DNA of 64,000 nt from Bugula neritina. Lineage: Eukaryota; Animalia; Bryozoa. Positions 41,101 through 54,443 of the stretch are shown here, piece by piece; positions within the stretch are counted from its first letter, which is position 1, and each line of letters opens with the position of its first letter. The position numbers and the translations under genes were made by a program. Location of the stretch: positions 10,902,722 to 10,966,721 of the forward strand of contig OZ037766.1 in the NCBI GenBank assembly GCA_964035545.1, written 5' to 3'. A model generated the notes under the pieces. The model saw only the letters and a program-made list of their open reading frames with translations, made no database searches and had not been told where the DNA came from.

Positions 41101-44100
41101 TACTGGCTGCTTTTAGAAAATCGTTTTATTTTGCTATTATATAAGTTGAATGTATTTTTACCCAAAGTTCGAGAGAAATCTATGTTGCTAATTAGCAGTC
41201 AGATTGATGGTTCTATTACACAAACTTTTTGCGAAGTAAAATCTTTAATGCTTGAAAAGACAATTCAATAGAAACACCCAAAGTTTAAATGCACAGTTTC
41301 TTTATTCCTTGAGTGAACAAGTGACGTGATGAATCGATTTTGGCTCTTCACTAGTTTGGTTTTCAGTTGGTGACCAAATTACTGCGCTCCTTGAGACATA
41401 CTACATATATGTTTATGGTGAAAAAGTCAAGTGTGGGTATAGCACACACTCTTGTATATATATATACAGGCTACAAGCTTCATGTCATCTTATACACACA
41501 CCTACCTTTAAATGTGCTCCAGAATTACGCTCTTTATAAGAAATGTTTGGCAATTACTTTAATCTAAAAGGGTAATACTTGATTATGTTTGAAGTTACAA
41601 TCCTTGTACGAACCTGCATGTGATGGTAAAAGTTTTTAGACAGTCTATGATTTATTTCTTCAATTTATACTGGCAAAGAGACTTTTTACTCTTCCTGGTG
41701 TCATTAATAATTGTAAAGCAATTTAATTAACAAAACTGATATGTCCGGTGTGAATTGAGACATGCCAAAGTACACTAAGCCATAGCTGCTCCCTATCTTA
41801 GTCTATATTATATTAGTCTATATTATGTACATAACGTCTTGTATGTTTTTAGCTGGTGCCTCTCTTTGTCATGGAAAGTTTGGGGGCATTCCCTGGTGTC
41901 CCGGGCTTATTTGTATCGGCTATATTCTCAGGAGCTCTCAGCACCCTCTCTTCAGGGTTCAATTCGCTGTCTGCCATCGCTTTACACGACATTATCAAGA
42001 GTTACATCAAGAAAGATATGACTGAGAAACAGGCAACTCTCACAGCTAAATTACTTGGTATGCATTCTCTTTGTTGTGTCACAGAATGGTTCGATTAACG
42101 TAAAATGTTTGATTTTAGTATTTTTCTTTTATGCTTAATTGTAACAGTTTTAAGAAAGGTTTATAATAAGTTTTTTATTGATAGCTTGTAGTTAAAACAT
42201 TCTGTTACCTTCCAAGCAAAAACATAAGCACGGTAATGGAGGAATTTGAAAAGTATGTGTTGCAGATGTGAAATGTTGCAAGAGAAGTTATGGTTTTCTT
42301 TTGTTTTTAACCAGGAACCCAAACCAAAATTATTAAAAACAATTAATGAATTTAGGCAATTAAAATTTCTCCATTACTGCACCGAAATGTTGAAGTAATA
42401 ATTCATTTGTTAAAACTGCTTTGTTTGTAGCTGTGGGGTTCGGAATATTGTGCATTGCTCTGTCTTATGTGGCATCTTTTCTTGGTGGTATTCTCCAGGT
42501 ACGCTTCTTCTTTAAATCAAGGTGCATCATTTTTGTCTACATACATGATCAGCACATGAAGGTTTCAAGATTTACGAAATTTAACCTTCAGCTCAAGTTT
42601 AAAAAAAATGTTTCCTATGTGCATATTTGCATTCTTTGAAGTGAAAAATGGTTAAATGCAGTTCAAAGGTTTTATGAATAATTAAGATGAAAATTTCAGC
42701 TGGAGGTCCAGTAAGGTCAACATTTGATTGAAAATCAAAGTCAACGGGCCACCTGTGAATTATTGAATTATTAGTATATTTTTAGTGCTTTGTCTAATTT
42801 TATTCAATTTTCTAGGTGATCAATATCTTATGTGGCAAAACTGTGATTTATTTCTTAATTAATGTAGTGATCGGAATTCAATATCAGCTCTTATCAAATT
42901 GTTGTGTTACTCAGAAGAAGCATTTCAAGTGTAAAATTATTTTTTGCTGCTTCCTCATCGCGTTCATAGTCCAGTAATGGTTCAGTAGTATTTTACTGGC
43001 TTATAGCTGGACTGGCTTAGTAAGCTACATAAACAGTATGGAGACCTGGCCAATACATTGGAGTTGTATGCTCAAGCAGAAGTTGAGAAATTTTTTTTTC
43101 AATTTTTCTACTGCAGTACTTTTCTAGTCAACTGAGTAATAAGTTTTTACTAGCAGGAGAGAGTCTTTAGTTGTGATGCTAATGAAATTATCACATCTTC
43201 TCTCTCCACGAGATCTTAGTATTTATCTTTTTAGATTCCTCAGTCCCTGCAAGTTGCTTCCCAGTCTCATTGGAAGAAGTAGTTTATATACAGCATTTGT
43301 TAATATTTTAGGCTGCTTTGGCACTGTTTGGAATTGTTGGTGGACCACTTCTGGGATTGTTTACGTTAGCAATGTTTTTCCCCTGGGCTAATTGGAAGGT
43401 AAATATTTTCTTGAGCACATTCAAGTCCTTCAATGATGTTGAAGAGTTGTCCAGGTTTCAACACATTAGCTTTTTCAAGCAGTTGTTTTTCATCCATATT
43501 CATGTAATTGGCACTGTCAAGCATCATCATGGCGGTGAAAGAATAATTTATTGTGACAGTTTTGTTAATAAAGACTATCATAAACAACTTCAATAATTTA
43601 TATACTGTCACTTTCATAATTTTCTCATGTCTTTGAGGTAATAAATACTTATATACATCCATAAACAAATTTACTGCTATGAAATTACTAGTAGATAAAA
43701 TGTTGTTCAGTCTTTTTAAATGTACATAAATAGTGTGTTTGTGCAAAGATAGCTTTTGTGATTAGCTTCTCTAACAGACTTCACAATAATATGATCTCAT
43801 ATTTTGTTTCTAAGTTCATCCCATGGTTGCTGCATTTTAGTAGTCCACATACACGCTGCAGCTGAAGTGTAAGGCTTTCCTTGTGTATTTTGCAGGGAGC
43901 ATATGCTGCTCTATTTGGCTCTTTAACTACCACCCTATGGGTTGGACTTGGTGCTATACTGCAATACAAGCCTATAAATCCTATGAAACCTTTCTCTACA
44001 GATGAATGTTCGGCGAACAATCTGACTGTATTCACCAACTCCTCTACTATGATGTCGGAGTTGCAAAACGCAACAACAACGTTGGCACCGGACAGGTACT

Positions 44101-45169
44101 CTCGCATACCTGAACTTTGCAAAAAATGTTTTGAAGCTTAAAAATGCAAATGTTGAAACACCTAAATATGTTATTTATAAAATTTTCTTCATGGCAGGTA
44201 GATTGTGTTTTACTAAAATGTTCAAGGTAAAACAACTTCACCAACACTGCCGTATTGTTGTAGACCACCAATAGCAGAATGGTATGGCGTTTCCTATCTA
44301 TATTATAGCACCATAGCGATTATAATGTCTCTCGTTCTTGGGCTAACAGTCAGCTTTATCACAGGTGAGAATTCATCTCCTTACGTTGACACAGAATACT
44401 TGTTTTGACATGTTTGGTTCATATTTCCTGAAATATCACCAACTCTGTTACAGGAGCTCAGGACCCGAAGCAGATAGATCCCAGACTGGTTACTCCATTT
44501 GTAGCAAATCTATTCTGTTGCTTATCAGCAGAGAAAAAGAAGGCACTGTGGTGTGGTGTTCGGCATGACCAAGTATGGTTGTTAATTGTTTATTAATACC
44601 ATTAATCCAAGCCATATTTCCATTTTATATATTGTTTTACATGTTGATGTATTTGTTGATAAAAAGAAAGATCTGTGTTAAATTCATCTGCTTTTCCTCT
44701 CCCTCTTCGGGCTATTAGCAACTAACGTGCTTGTGATAAAAACTAATATTTGTTGTGTACTCAGTAGCACTTTTGTTCTTTACTTTTTTTCAATGCATCT
44801 TTTGCTTTGGTTTTTCCTAATGTAGTCCTTAAGTATACTTATTCTCTACTTTATCATCAGTTCCGAAGTGTTGCCTTATATTACTATATGTTCATTCCAC
44901 TCTGCACAATATATTAGCATGTCCCTATTGAATATTGAAGCTTTTTATTAAAATATCTACTAGTAATGTGTAAACAAACCAACAAAATGATGTATAGCAA
45001 ATGATTCATGCAGGTGGAGACAATGAGCTCTACTGAAGAAATGGCTCCAATGAAGAGTAACGATGGAGATTCCCCACGAAGCAATGGAGAAGTGACATTT
45101 GTTGATGAGAATGGAAAATCTAGTTCAAGTGAAATTTATCCCGATTTAAAAGACACAAAATTAGAATGA
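29110..45169 (+). CDS. Sodium:solute symporter, SLC5A6/SLC5A8/SLC5A12 clade (SMVT/SMCT-like)
   Basis: Exons 29110-29463, 29622-29687, 30086-30137, 31178-31245, 32864-33018, 34576-34716, 40754-40883, 41853-42057, 42431-42498, 43312-43398, 43896-44095, 44264-44364, 44454-44572, 45014-45169. Motifs [56 protein letters not shown]. Confidence 0.95.
33735..34050 (+). mobile_element. tRNA-derived SINE
   Basis: A-box-like TGGTCTAGGGG (inside a 19-bp tandem duplication) and B-box GGTTTGAACCC (33809-33819); body homologous to 37131-37290. Confidence 0.75.
37131..37290 (+). mobile_element. tRNA-derived SINE, same family as 33735
   Basis: TGGCCTAGTGG A box and GGTTTGGATCCC B box; shares GAGCATCCARTCATAATTG and TCTCACAGG(G)ATGG segments. 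Confidence 0.75.
37700..38960 (-). CDS. Nested neuropeptide/prohormone precursor (147 aa), putative CRH/DH44/ELH-like
   Basis: Exon 1 38960-38920 ([15 protein letters not shown]|gtgagt) joins in phase to exon 2 38102-37700 (tgcag|[17 protein letters not shown]...). Signal peptide, KR and RTSR sites, terminal Gly before the stop. Confidence 0.8.
39010..39047 (-). promoter_or_regulatory. TATA box and Inr of the nested prohormone gene
   Basis: Minus strand TATATAAG at 39047-39040, TCATTC ~30 nt downstream, ATG at 38960. AATAAA at 37424-37419 after the stop. Confidence 0.65.
42228..42384. mobile_element. MITE family A copy (diverged)
   Basis: GCACGGTAATGGAGGAATT ... AATTTCTCCATTACTGCAC termini. 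Confidence 0.55.
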
Positions 45170-46572
45170 ATCTAGAATGGATGTTCAAGATCTGCTAGCC
45201 AATTTTGGATAATGAAAAACAACTTTTTTATTGATATTTTAGTATAACTTGTTCTTATATTTTACAAGTTTTACATAATTATACATATATCAGATTTAAG
45301 TTTTAGATTGATGCATTTCATTGTCAATCACCATTGTTCACTTTAGGGGCTTCATTGCAGGTTGGATATCATTCATGATTTACCCTCACGCCCTAATGTT
45401 AGTTAAGGGCTAATGTTAGTTAACTTTAACCTTTCCAGCATTTAATTTTTGTTTAGTTGCCACTCGGTACTCAATTCCAGTCTTATTATTTGCATCAACA
45501 AACAATTTTTACTTTAACACGCATAACTTTATTATATTTTTATGGTAGAACTATTGTAGATGTTTAATAAATTATAACTACAGCAACAAAAATTTCTAAA
45601 TTACAAATATTATATGGTTTTAATCAATAACAAACTACGATACAATGCCTTGTTTGAAGTTTGATTTAAAAACTATACAAGCAGTACAAGAAGCAATTAT
45701 TTTAATGTTTTAAATAATTCAAACTGAATTATATGGGGAATACTGAGCATATTATATTTTTGATTATAATATTAAAATATAATATATTTTTTCCAAATAC
45801 TTTTTAAATGAATTTTTTGATCGCAGTACAAGGCCTTTGTACAATTTCACTTTGGAAAAATAAATATTAAAAACCAATAAAGATTTTGAAGAAAGGCTTC
45901 AATATACTATTTTGACTAAAAATGTTGAAAAAATTATGAAGAAAGTAAAAAATTGGAAGAGATATTTTGACCACACATGAAAGAAAATCTTATCTATTTT
46001 ATTCTTATTCGTAATGTCTGGTGCAAGAAATCTTTGCCGCAGTATGAACAATACGCATCTGCTTCGAAAGTAAGTAGGACAGCCTCAGTCTGGTAAAACA
46101 TAACCAGAATTCATACAAGTTATGTATGCTTACTATATACACAGTCAACATAATGTGGCATCTCAGGCCATCTGAAGCAAATGAGATACTTCGATAAAAA
46201 CAGATAACATTTAGATATCAGGACACTTAATTTTCTTTTAATCAAAGTTTTACAAAATTCATAGCAACTAAAATTACAAATATGATACTTACAAAGAATT
46301 CCACAGCACAAGACTAAGCATAGCAAATTCAAACCGAAATACTGAATGCATAAAATGCATCCAGTATAAAAAATCACCTTCCTATAAAAAGGACCAGAAA
46401 TCTTGACCCTCAAGTTAAAACTGTTCAACTGATGAAAGCCAAGAATGTTACTAAAACTAATAGCATTGCTTCAACTGAGCAATATTACCATATAGTCAGT
46501 TCAGCAAGAAAATGTTCTGCAGATGTTGTGAAATAAAGTCATACATACATGAAGCATGAGGAATCATGCTCA

Positions 46573-49500
46573 CTATTGTTTGCTCTCCTTTCCAAATAGC
46601 AGAGTTTTTAACTCAGTTTCGGACAAACTTAAACCCAAAGGTTGGCGTAACTTTTCCAGATCTTTTTCCGCTTGGTTTAATTTCACCATCAGAGAATTGT
46701 AGTGCTCCACGTCATAATTTCTCTTTCGAGCTTGTTTATGGAAATGAAGCAAGAATGATCTATCTCTTGCATCAGGAAAGAAATATTCCTGAAATATAGT
46801 AGAAAAAAACACAATATTAGATTTATGAAATATGAGCCCTTTGAGTGTTACTTGCTGGTATAAGACATGAAATGCATTTCTAGCTTATGGATGGCACAGA
46901 CTACAAAGAAAATATCAAATGTGAACTAAAATTTAAAAAGTATTCAATAAAAATGACCTGCCATGTTTTGGAGACCATAAATATAAGCGTTGCATAGAAA
47001 TTTATATATAATTTAAAATGAGTTTGATTATTTAGAGCTAAATTTTAATGAAATATTTGGGCTCGATTTAGACCACTCAAGAGTTGTCTACCCTTCATAC
47101 ATGTTGGAAATTGTAGCAATATGTTGGAGACACAACTCTCAGGCAATGCAAGTTTTAAAAGGTGAAAGAAGTTATCTATAAAATAACTTTTTTGATTTCT
47201 ATTCTATAATATAATATTTAAAAGCTTGTTACCACTGTTATAACATTTATTTGTATTAAAACTTTAACAGAGAAAAATTTAAACAGCTAAATCTGTTCTA
47301 GATTTTGAGTGTGAAAGTGACTCCATATTACTATTCCAGTTCTTTTCACTATATGCTGGAGAACTAATTATAGCTTCAGTAAATAGTCAATGATAAACTT
47401 TAAACATTAGTTTAATTCTTTAAATATCAATGTATTAGCCTATAATCTTTTGGTTTCTCTTCCTGGCATATTAGCCTCACTAAGTAAAGTGACAAATTGT
47501 AGTTCCAGAAAAAACTAGACTTCACACTTTTCCTACCCAGTTGTGAATAATATATAGCAACGGATGTGAATTACTTAGTTAAGCGTGGCCCACACCAACC
47601 TGCTTTGTGAGAATGTAATAAGCAAAGAAAACCATAGTAGTGCCATAAGTAACGAAGTATGTGACTGGCTCCATAATATCCCAGGAATACTCCCACCAGG
47701 TCAGTCTAGCAAATGCTCCAAACTGTACACCCATCAGGCCTAGTCCCAGCCAAGTTAGATTATTAGTCCTTTTATTAGCATTGTCCACCAACTCTTCTTT
47801 GAGCTGAGTAATAGAAAGCCACAATAATCTTATCTTGAAATATCTCATACAGTTAGTTCTATGACCTTATTGAGCAACCATATAATATACAGTTAAGGCC
47901 AATCGGCAGATAAAATAGTACCAAGGCAACTTTGTCTCCATGCAGTTACACTCTGAGCTGAAGTAGTTCAACTAACTGCATTCTTCTACAAAAACATATT
48001 ATTTACTAGACTGGGAAATTTAAAAACAAACCCTCACAAATATTTACAACAACATTTATATAAAATGATTAGTAGAATAAATATTTAAATTAGAATTATT
48101 ATAGCTGGAGCATTTCTTGTAGTTCATCTTTAATTAAACAATATTATTACCATGAATGGTTTAACCGTGTAAATATTGTTCCAAATTTACTGTCACTATT
48201 CAACTGTTTGGTTTTTAGTTAACTTGTTTTTAATTATCATAAGCTAAATGTTACAAGCTAAGTTGATTTTCTGATACTATGGGATTGCATATAATACTGA
48301 ATTAACATGAGAAATTAAAAGTAACCAAAATAATCTTTTAAATTTTGGAGTTATGTCACTTTATTGAATGGGAATTTCCAATTATTGACATGAAATTTAC
48401 CTCATCAGCGACTTTGAAAATGTTTAAGCTGTCCAATAAATAAAACTTGCACTGTGGGACATTTGAGCTCTGACATTTATGAAAATGGCTGACATTCACG
48501 TCTCCGCGAACTCGGTTTAAGTCTCGAAATTACATGATATGAAGTTCAGTAAAGTTTATCGTATTACAAGGAAAGTGCATGAGCCCACAACTACAGTTAC
48601 TTAAGTAGTTGCGCAGGTAGAATACACAGTTACACAAACAGCTGAGCACATAGGATACACAGTCACATGATTACTGAGGGCCATACCTGCTGGTAAGGAG
48701 CAAGTTCATGTTTGATTGTTTCTAGAGATTTTATCAGTTCTTTCTCCCGGCTGGCTTGCCACTCTGTCAAATGCATTTGAGTATAGAGCTGAGAAACCAA
48801 GTCCTTCACCCTAGCCAGGTTACCCTCCTCATCTCTCTGTATATCTAAAAACACCGGAGATTCAGTAAACATAATACTTGGGAGAGAAAACAGCAGTTTG
48901 CTACTCTGCATCTACCTCTGCATTACCCTTATGTAATATTCTATGTCATTTTAGTGTTAGATGCCGTGATAGCTGGGTATATTTTGTAGTTACTGGGTTC
49001 TAACAGCTCCCTGTTGTACAGCAACGGTGAGCTGTTGTACAGCAACAGCTCCCTGTTGTACAGCAACGGTGAGCTGTTGTACAGCAACGGTGAGCTGTCA
49101 TCATTTAGCTGTAGTAGCAGAGAAATTTTAATAGTCTAAGGTTTTATTTTTGCTAATAAATGTTGGTTTGGAGCAAAGGTTAAAAGTCTTGTAAAAACAT
49201 AACTTCCTTTGCTAATCTAGAACACAGAGTTTTCTCAATTTCTCCATTACTGCACCTCCCTAGCTGTTATTCACTGCATCACCACACTGAGTGCAGCAGC
49301 AATACTTCAGCAACAAATATGCTTAGCTCTCTTTAGGACATACTTGTGCAAATCTTGCTTTTGCAAACATTTCAATCTAACTAGCTTATATGTAAGAGAT
49401 TACATTGCTACTACCAGACAGTTATTGTGTAATATTGGATAGAGAAATGAGCTTATATAATATTATGTAACTGTACAACAACCTACTAATTCTAACATTA

Positions 49501-52500
49501 ATAAAGCATAGCTTCCTCCTGTGTTACTGAACATAGCATTATAATAACGTTTACTTTGAAGAATACATAACCATTAATTAACTGAAATATTGCGAAACAC
49601 ACTGAGCAAAGTAGAACTCAATGCAATAAAATAACTATAGTAATCTAACATACACAGTCCCATGCTAATAGTATTATACTAGTGTATGCTAATAGAAGTA
49701 TACTAGGTGTGAATATGTTTACAGTAAGTAGCTTCCTTGACAGGCCATCTGTCATTCTGTGAGCCCACTTCAGCATTGACAAAAACTTTGAGGCAGTTTT
49801 TAGGAATCCTTACTATATAGTAGCAAGATAGTACATGGAATACATGCATACGGCACGCAATAGCCTGCAAGCTGACTTGAAGTGACAAAGAATGGTACAG
49901 TAAGGGCACAATCACAGCAATTTGAAGATTTTTCTTATTCTAACCAACACAGACATGTGCCACAAATTAAGGGAAACAAAATGTGGAAAAAGTATCATTT
50001 TACTTCACCATTTACTTCCTTCTAGGAGAGGCTTATGAAATATTTATGCACACATTTTTGTGCCAATGAGATCCAAGAAGCATTCTAATAGGTTAAACTT
50101 ACCCAGTTTAGGAGGAGTTACAGAAAACTTCCTAGAGTTGATGATTAGATCAAAGTCATCATGTAGCAGCATATCAATAGTAGTTGCTTTGGATATCTTT
50201 GAACCATCTACAAGTACACCACAAAGGGAGTTGGCATTTAATACATCCTTGAGTTTACCAATTTGTTACATTGGCTTTAATAAAATATGAAGTATATTTT
50301 ATACACAGGGAACAAATCGCTACCTTGTAACTGCCCCATTATACAGATTTGTAATAAATTTGCAATTGTAAAAGCAACAGAGTCCTGAAGTTTCTATTTC
50401 CAGAATATTAACTGAAATATGGCTATACAGATTTTGCAGGGATATTTCTAACTAACAGCAGTAGTGGAGAGACTGAGATAGCCTAAGCTCTTTAAATTTC
50501 TTTATAGATTTTGGCTTGGGGGGGGGCGGTTAAAATTATTGTGAGAACATAACTTCTTTCGCTACATTTCTAATCTAGAATACAGGCTTTTCTCAACTTC
50601 TCCATTTACTGCACCTCACTCATACTACATTGTTATATATACTGTGGGTATAATTTTACCACAGAAAATACCAACTACGAGTACATCATGTAGTGTATGT
50701 AGTACAAAGTCACATTTATATGGGATACATAACCAAATCCATTAAATCTGAGTCAGCCATCCTGAAAACATATTAACACTACTGTATTTTGCAGTTAGCC
50801 AGTACATTGCGCAATGTAATTGATCTACTGATCGTTTGATACAGTCCAACCAATGTTTACCAACACAAATGTTTTTAATTCCAACATTAGCTACAAATGT
50901 CCAGTCTTAGTAACTTGAGCTATGTAATTGTATGAATGTAAGTACTCTACACTTACATCACCATGAACTTACCTTTACGATACACAGATATATTCTCCAC
51001 ACCACCATCTTCATCCTTTACCATTGCAAGAAATGTTCCAACTGTGTCTGTCAGAGGTCTTAAGGCAAAAAGACATCGCTCGTCTCTAGATGGCAGCATA
51101 ACGTTCACAACCGGCACACCATTTCTATACTGAACGGTGGTCTCTGGAAGTATATGTTACAGAAGTGATTGGAAGGTGCGTAGGTGTTCAGTTTGCTTCC
51201 CAATTTTTAGTAGTTAGTACAGTCATTTTACTAGTCATGCTTGAGTGAAAAAAGGTTTTAGAGACATAATATTTTATCAGTGGCAATATGATGTATAATA
51301 CACTACGAGGAATAGGTGTTGACCTACATTATCACTGGTACGATGGTATAAGCCATAAGGGTACAAAATGATGGATGAAAATGCTGGCTATGACAGGCTG
51401 CAATTAGTAATACAACTGGTACAACATTATATCCTGCTATGCCCAAAACATAATTGGCACACAGTGCACTTCATATCACATGCACACATCATACCTGTAT
51501 AATACATGTATGCCTCACTTACAATGACAATCTACCAAGAAATTGCATTTGTTTCTCAAATAAAACATTTCTGCTTAATTTAATGATTACAGGACTCAAA
51601 ACAATGCTTCAAACATGTCTTCTTCAAAATTGCTAAGCTCTGACCCATCAGCTCATAAGCATAATATATGCAGTAATGGAAAGGTGGTAGAAATCATAGA
51701 ATATTTTATTACACCCATCCTATGACATCTACCTTCCTAATTCCACCTAGATCTTAATCAAGTGGAGTGGGAGGGACTTGTGAACACCCTCTCCACCATA
51801 TCACAAATACCTTTTTAAGTCTAGCAACTAGCAGGTTGAGTTGAATAACTATAGTAGGAACTTAAATCTTTGGTTCTCGTAGATGTACCTAATGATGATA
51901 TGATATTTCAGCCGAGAATGCAGGGAGAGATGTACCATAGTGTAGTACTAGCTACTTTTATTCACTAATAGGTTCCATAATAAGTTCCCTAATAAGGTCT
52001 GACATAAAGTAGAAAATCAATGCAAATCCTACCATGGAGGTATGTAAACAAATGTATTGTAGCTGTGACAATGAAAATTGCAGTATGTTGAAAGGCAGCT
52101 CCAAGCTTTGAGAAAGGACTATTCATAAGCTATGCATGCTGCCAACTAGCAGCCGAAAGGGCAAAAGTTCAAAGTAACAGGCATAGGAGTAAATAAAGCA
52201 GGCCTTTTTACCTAAGAGCACCAGTACACTTCTTAACAGTATATTCATTTGTTACAACATAACATAATTTTTATGGTTTACTTATAAATTAATCTAAAAA
52301 ACTCCCCTATTTTGCAATAATATTATTAGAACTTATAACCCATAGTTTCATATGCCTGAAAACTCATATTTGGCAACATAACGACCTATTCAAATCTTTA
52401 CATCAATAAATTCAGAGATTGGTAAATCTGTTAGTCAAACATGTCTAGCTATAATTTGTATATATAAATTTCCTTTGAAAAGCAACTATACCTTATATTG

Positions 52501-53384
52501 GTCGAAGTATGCACAAATAAAATTCATAATTTCCTTCCATTCAAATTAGATCAAATAAATGGAAAAACTTAATTGTTAATAGAGGTGAATTCTGTAAGTA
52601 GCTTACAATAGTTATTCATTACTTGACTACTGATTGTGAGCGTGCAAACTAGCCTCCACCCTGCAGTCAAGTAACAAATACTAAAATAAATTCTGGCAGG
52701 CATATTGTTCGGTAAACTAGTGCAGTGCTAGTGCAGTGCTAGTGCAGTGCTAGTGCAGTGCTAGTGCAGTGCTAGTGCATTGCTGGTGCAGTGCTAGTGC
52801 AGTGCTAGTGCAGTTATTTAAGCTAAAAGAATAATTTATCAAATTTTGTGTTAAAAAACTAGCAATGAAATTACTTTCTTCTCCAAACTGTCTATATTAC
52901 ACACCTACGGCTAATGACAAAGTAGTGACTGCAGGTTAATATAAAAGTAAAATAACTAACCCTCTTGCTCATAAGGTAAATTAGAAGAACAGTACGATTG
53001 ACTCAAAACTCTCAAACTTGTCTGCAACCTTGGAACCTATAAATGAAAAAATGTAAATGTTTCCTTTGTCTGGCATTGTATTGGATAAAAGAGAAAAATT
53101 GTTAAATATTTCATGAATACAATATAGTTAAATATTTAAAGACTTAGACTACAATTCAACAATTAGTTTACACATGTTTCCACTGAATAGTTAGTATTAG
53201 TATTAGCCAGTTTATTCTGAGCACAAATAAAGTATCAACCTTAAAGTTTACTTACCAAACTAAAACGACTTTTTAATACTGGCAGCAGCTGGGAAGCTTG
53301 AAAGTGCATAAAATTTGAACTGAATCGTTTATTACTTAGCTGAGCAATCTTGCAAGAAGTAGAAGCAAGTGTCACAAAAACCAT
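46573..53384 (-). CDS. MCU: Mitochondrial calcium uniporter
   Basis: Exons 53384-53256 (presequence-like), 53036-52961, 51143-50973 ([21 protein letters not shown]), 50207-50103, 48844-48687, 47803-47600 ([19 protein letters not shown]), 46788-46573. Confidence 0.97.
49002..49098. repeat. Composite ~21-bp tandem repeat (CTGTTGTACAGCAAC core)
   Basis: Core alternates with GGTGAG or AGCTCC spacers. Confidence 0.9.
49108..49260. mobile_element. MITE family A copy
   Basis: CATAACTTCCTTTGCTAATCTAGAACACAG..TTTTCTCAATTTCTCCATTACTGCACCTC matches the 50457-50618 copy. Confidence 0.65.
50457..50618. mobile_element. MITE family A copy
   Basis: Reverse complement aligns by eye with 12204-12360 at both ends. 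Confidence 0.75.
52717..52813. repeat. 11-bp tandem repeat CTAGTGCAGTG (~9 copies)
   Basis: Direct reading. Confidence 0.95.
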
Positions 53385-54138
53385 TTCTATTTTAGCCAAT
53401 AAACTTTACTCAAACTCTTCTTTGCTTTTATATTAGCAATTAAAAATAAAAATAAAACCAAGTCAAGATAAAATTATTTTAAATTAACTATTCAGATTGT
53501 CACCTGTGCCTGTGGCATAAAAGTACAGTATTTACAAAAATTTAAACTAATCAGTCACAATAACTGTTGAATACCATATCAAACTAGCTGTATACTCATA
53601 CTTATAGCAATAAAAATAGTACTTTTTTTAATAAAAAATAAGCACGCTAGTAGTAGTAATTGTACTAAAAACCGAACAATTATTTGCACAACCCAAAACC
53701 TCAATTCAATTCCGGAAGTACACAATTGTTTACATTAGTAGAAACAACTGTCGGCATTGCTGTGTTGTAGAAATAAAATGCAGGTAAAAAAAGCGACAGT
53801 AGGTTTTTGTGATAGTCGTTTGTTACTATGGAGGAATTCGCGGTCGCGATTCGGCTGCAATCTGTCGCAAATTTGGAGACAGATAATCAATGAACTCAGT
53901 AATAATATCTTTTCCAGTTCAGTGCAAGTAATGTGTTCAAAAAATGAGTGGCCCCAATGCAAACGAAAACTTGCTCTTGCTGCAAACTGCAGCACAAAAC
54001 ACTCACCCCGATTTATCGAATGGCTGCCGAAAAACAATTTATTTCATTACATACCTGACGGCGTTCGAGAAAGACAACTCCATAATGCCACACAAACTCA
54101 CTAGCTGTGGCTTTGCTCTTGCTATAATTCTGCATTAT

Positions 54139-54443
54139 AAGGCAAGAAGCGAAAGTAATGAATGTGTTAGAACTGATGAGAAGAAGGCTACAGTGGTTTG
54201 GACATATCTGCAGAAGAGAAAAAGAGGATGATATCAGAAGAGTGCATGAAATGAAAGTTGCGGGAAAGAAAATCCGGGGACGCCCAAAGCACAGATGGCA
54301 CGATACTATCAGAAAAGACCTCCAATCCTGTTCCCTCAATGAAGAGGACGCTCATGACAGGGTTAGGTGGAGAAGCCTAATTGAGCTAGGCCTCTGGCAG
54401 CCACCCGCTACTCATACAGAACAAAGCGGAGATAGGTGAAAAA
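54139..54443 (+). mobile_element. 5'-truncated RTE-type non-LTR retrotransposon with 15-bp TSD
   Basis: ORF end RRRLQWFGHICRR...GRPKHRWHDTIRKDL...DRVRWRSLI; stop followed by a short A run; TSD ATAATTCTGCATTAT at 54124-54138 and 54444-54458. Confidence 0.9.

Noticed and set aside
49002-49098. CRISPR-like repeat-spacer pattern
   Set aside because: Spacers are 6 nt and recurrent; eukaryotic intron; no cas genes.
51891-52002. ATGATGA...CTGA pair in MCU intron
   Set aside because: Antisense to the host gene and no convincing terminal stem.
53735-54339. Several ~100-aa ORFs upstream of MCU
   Set aside because: Explained by the higher GC of the promoter region and overlap with the RTE fragment; the ATG at ~54084 does not splice in frame to MCU.
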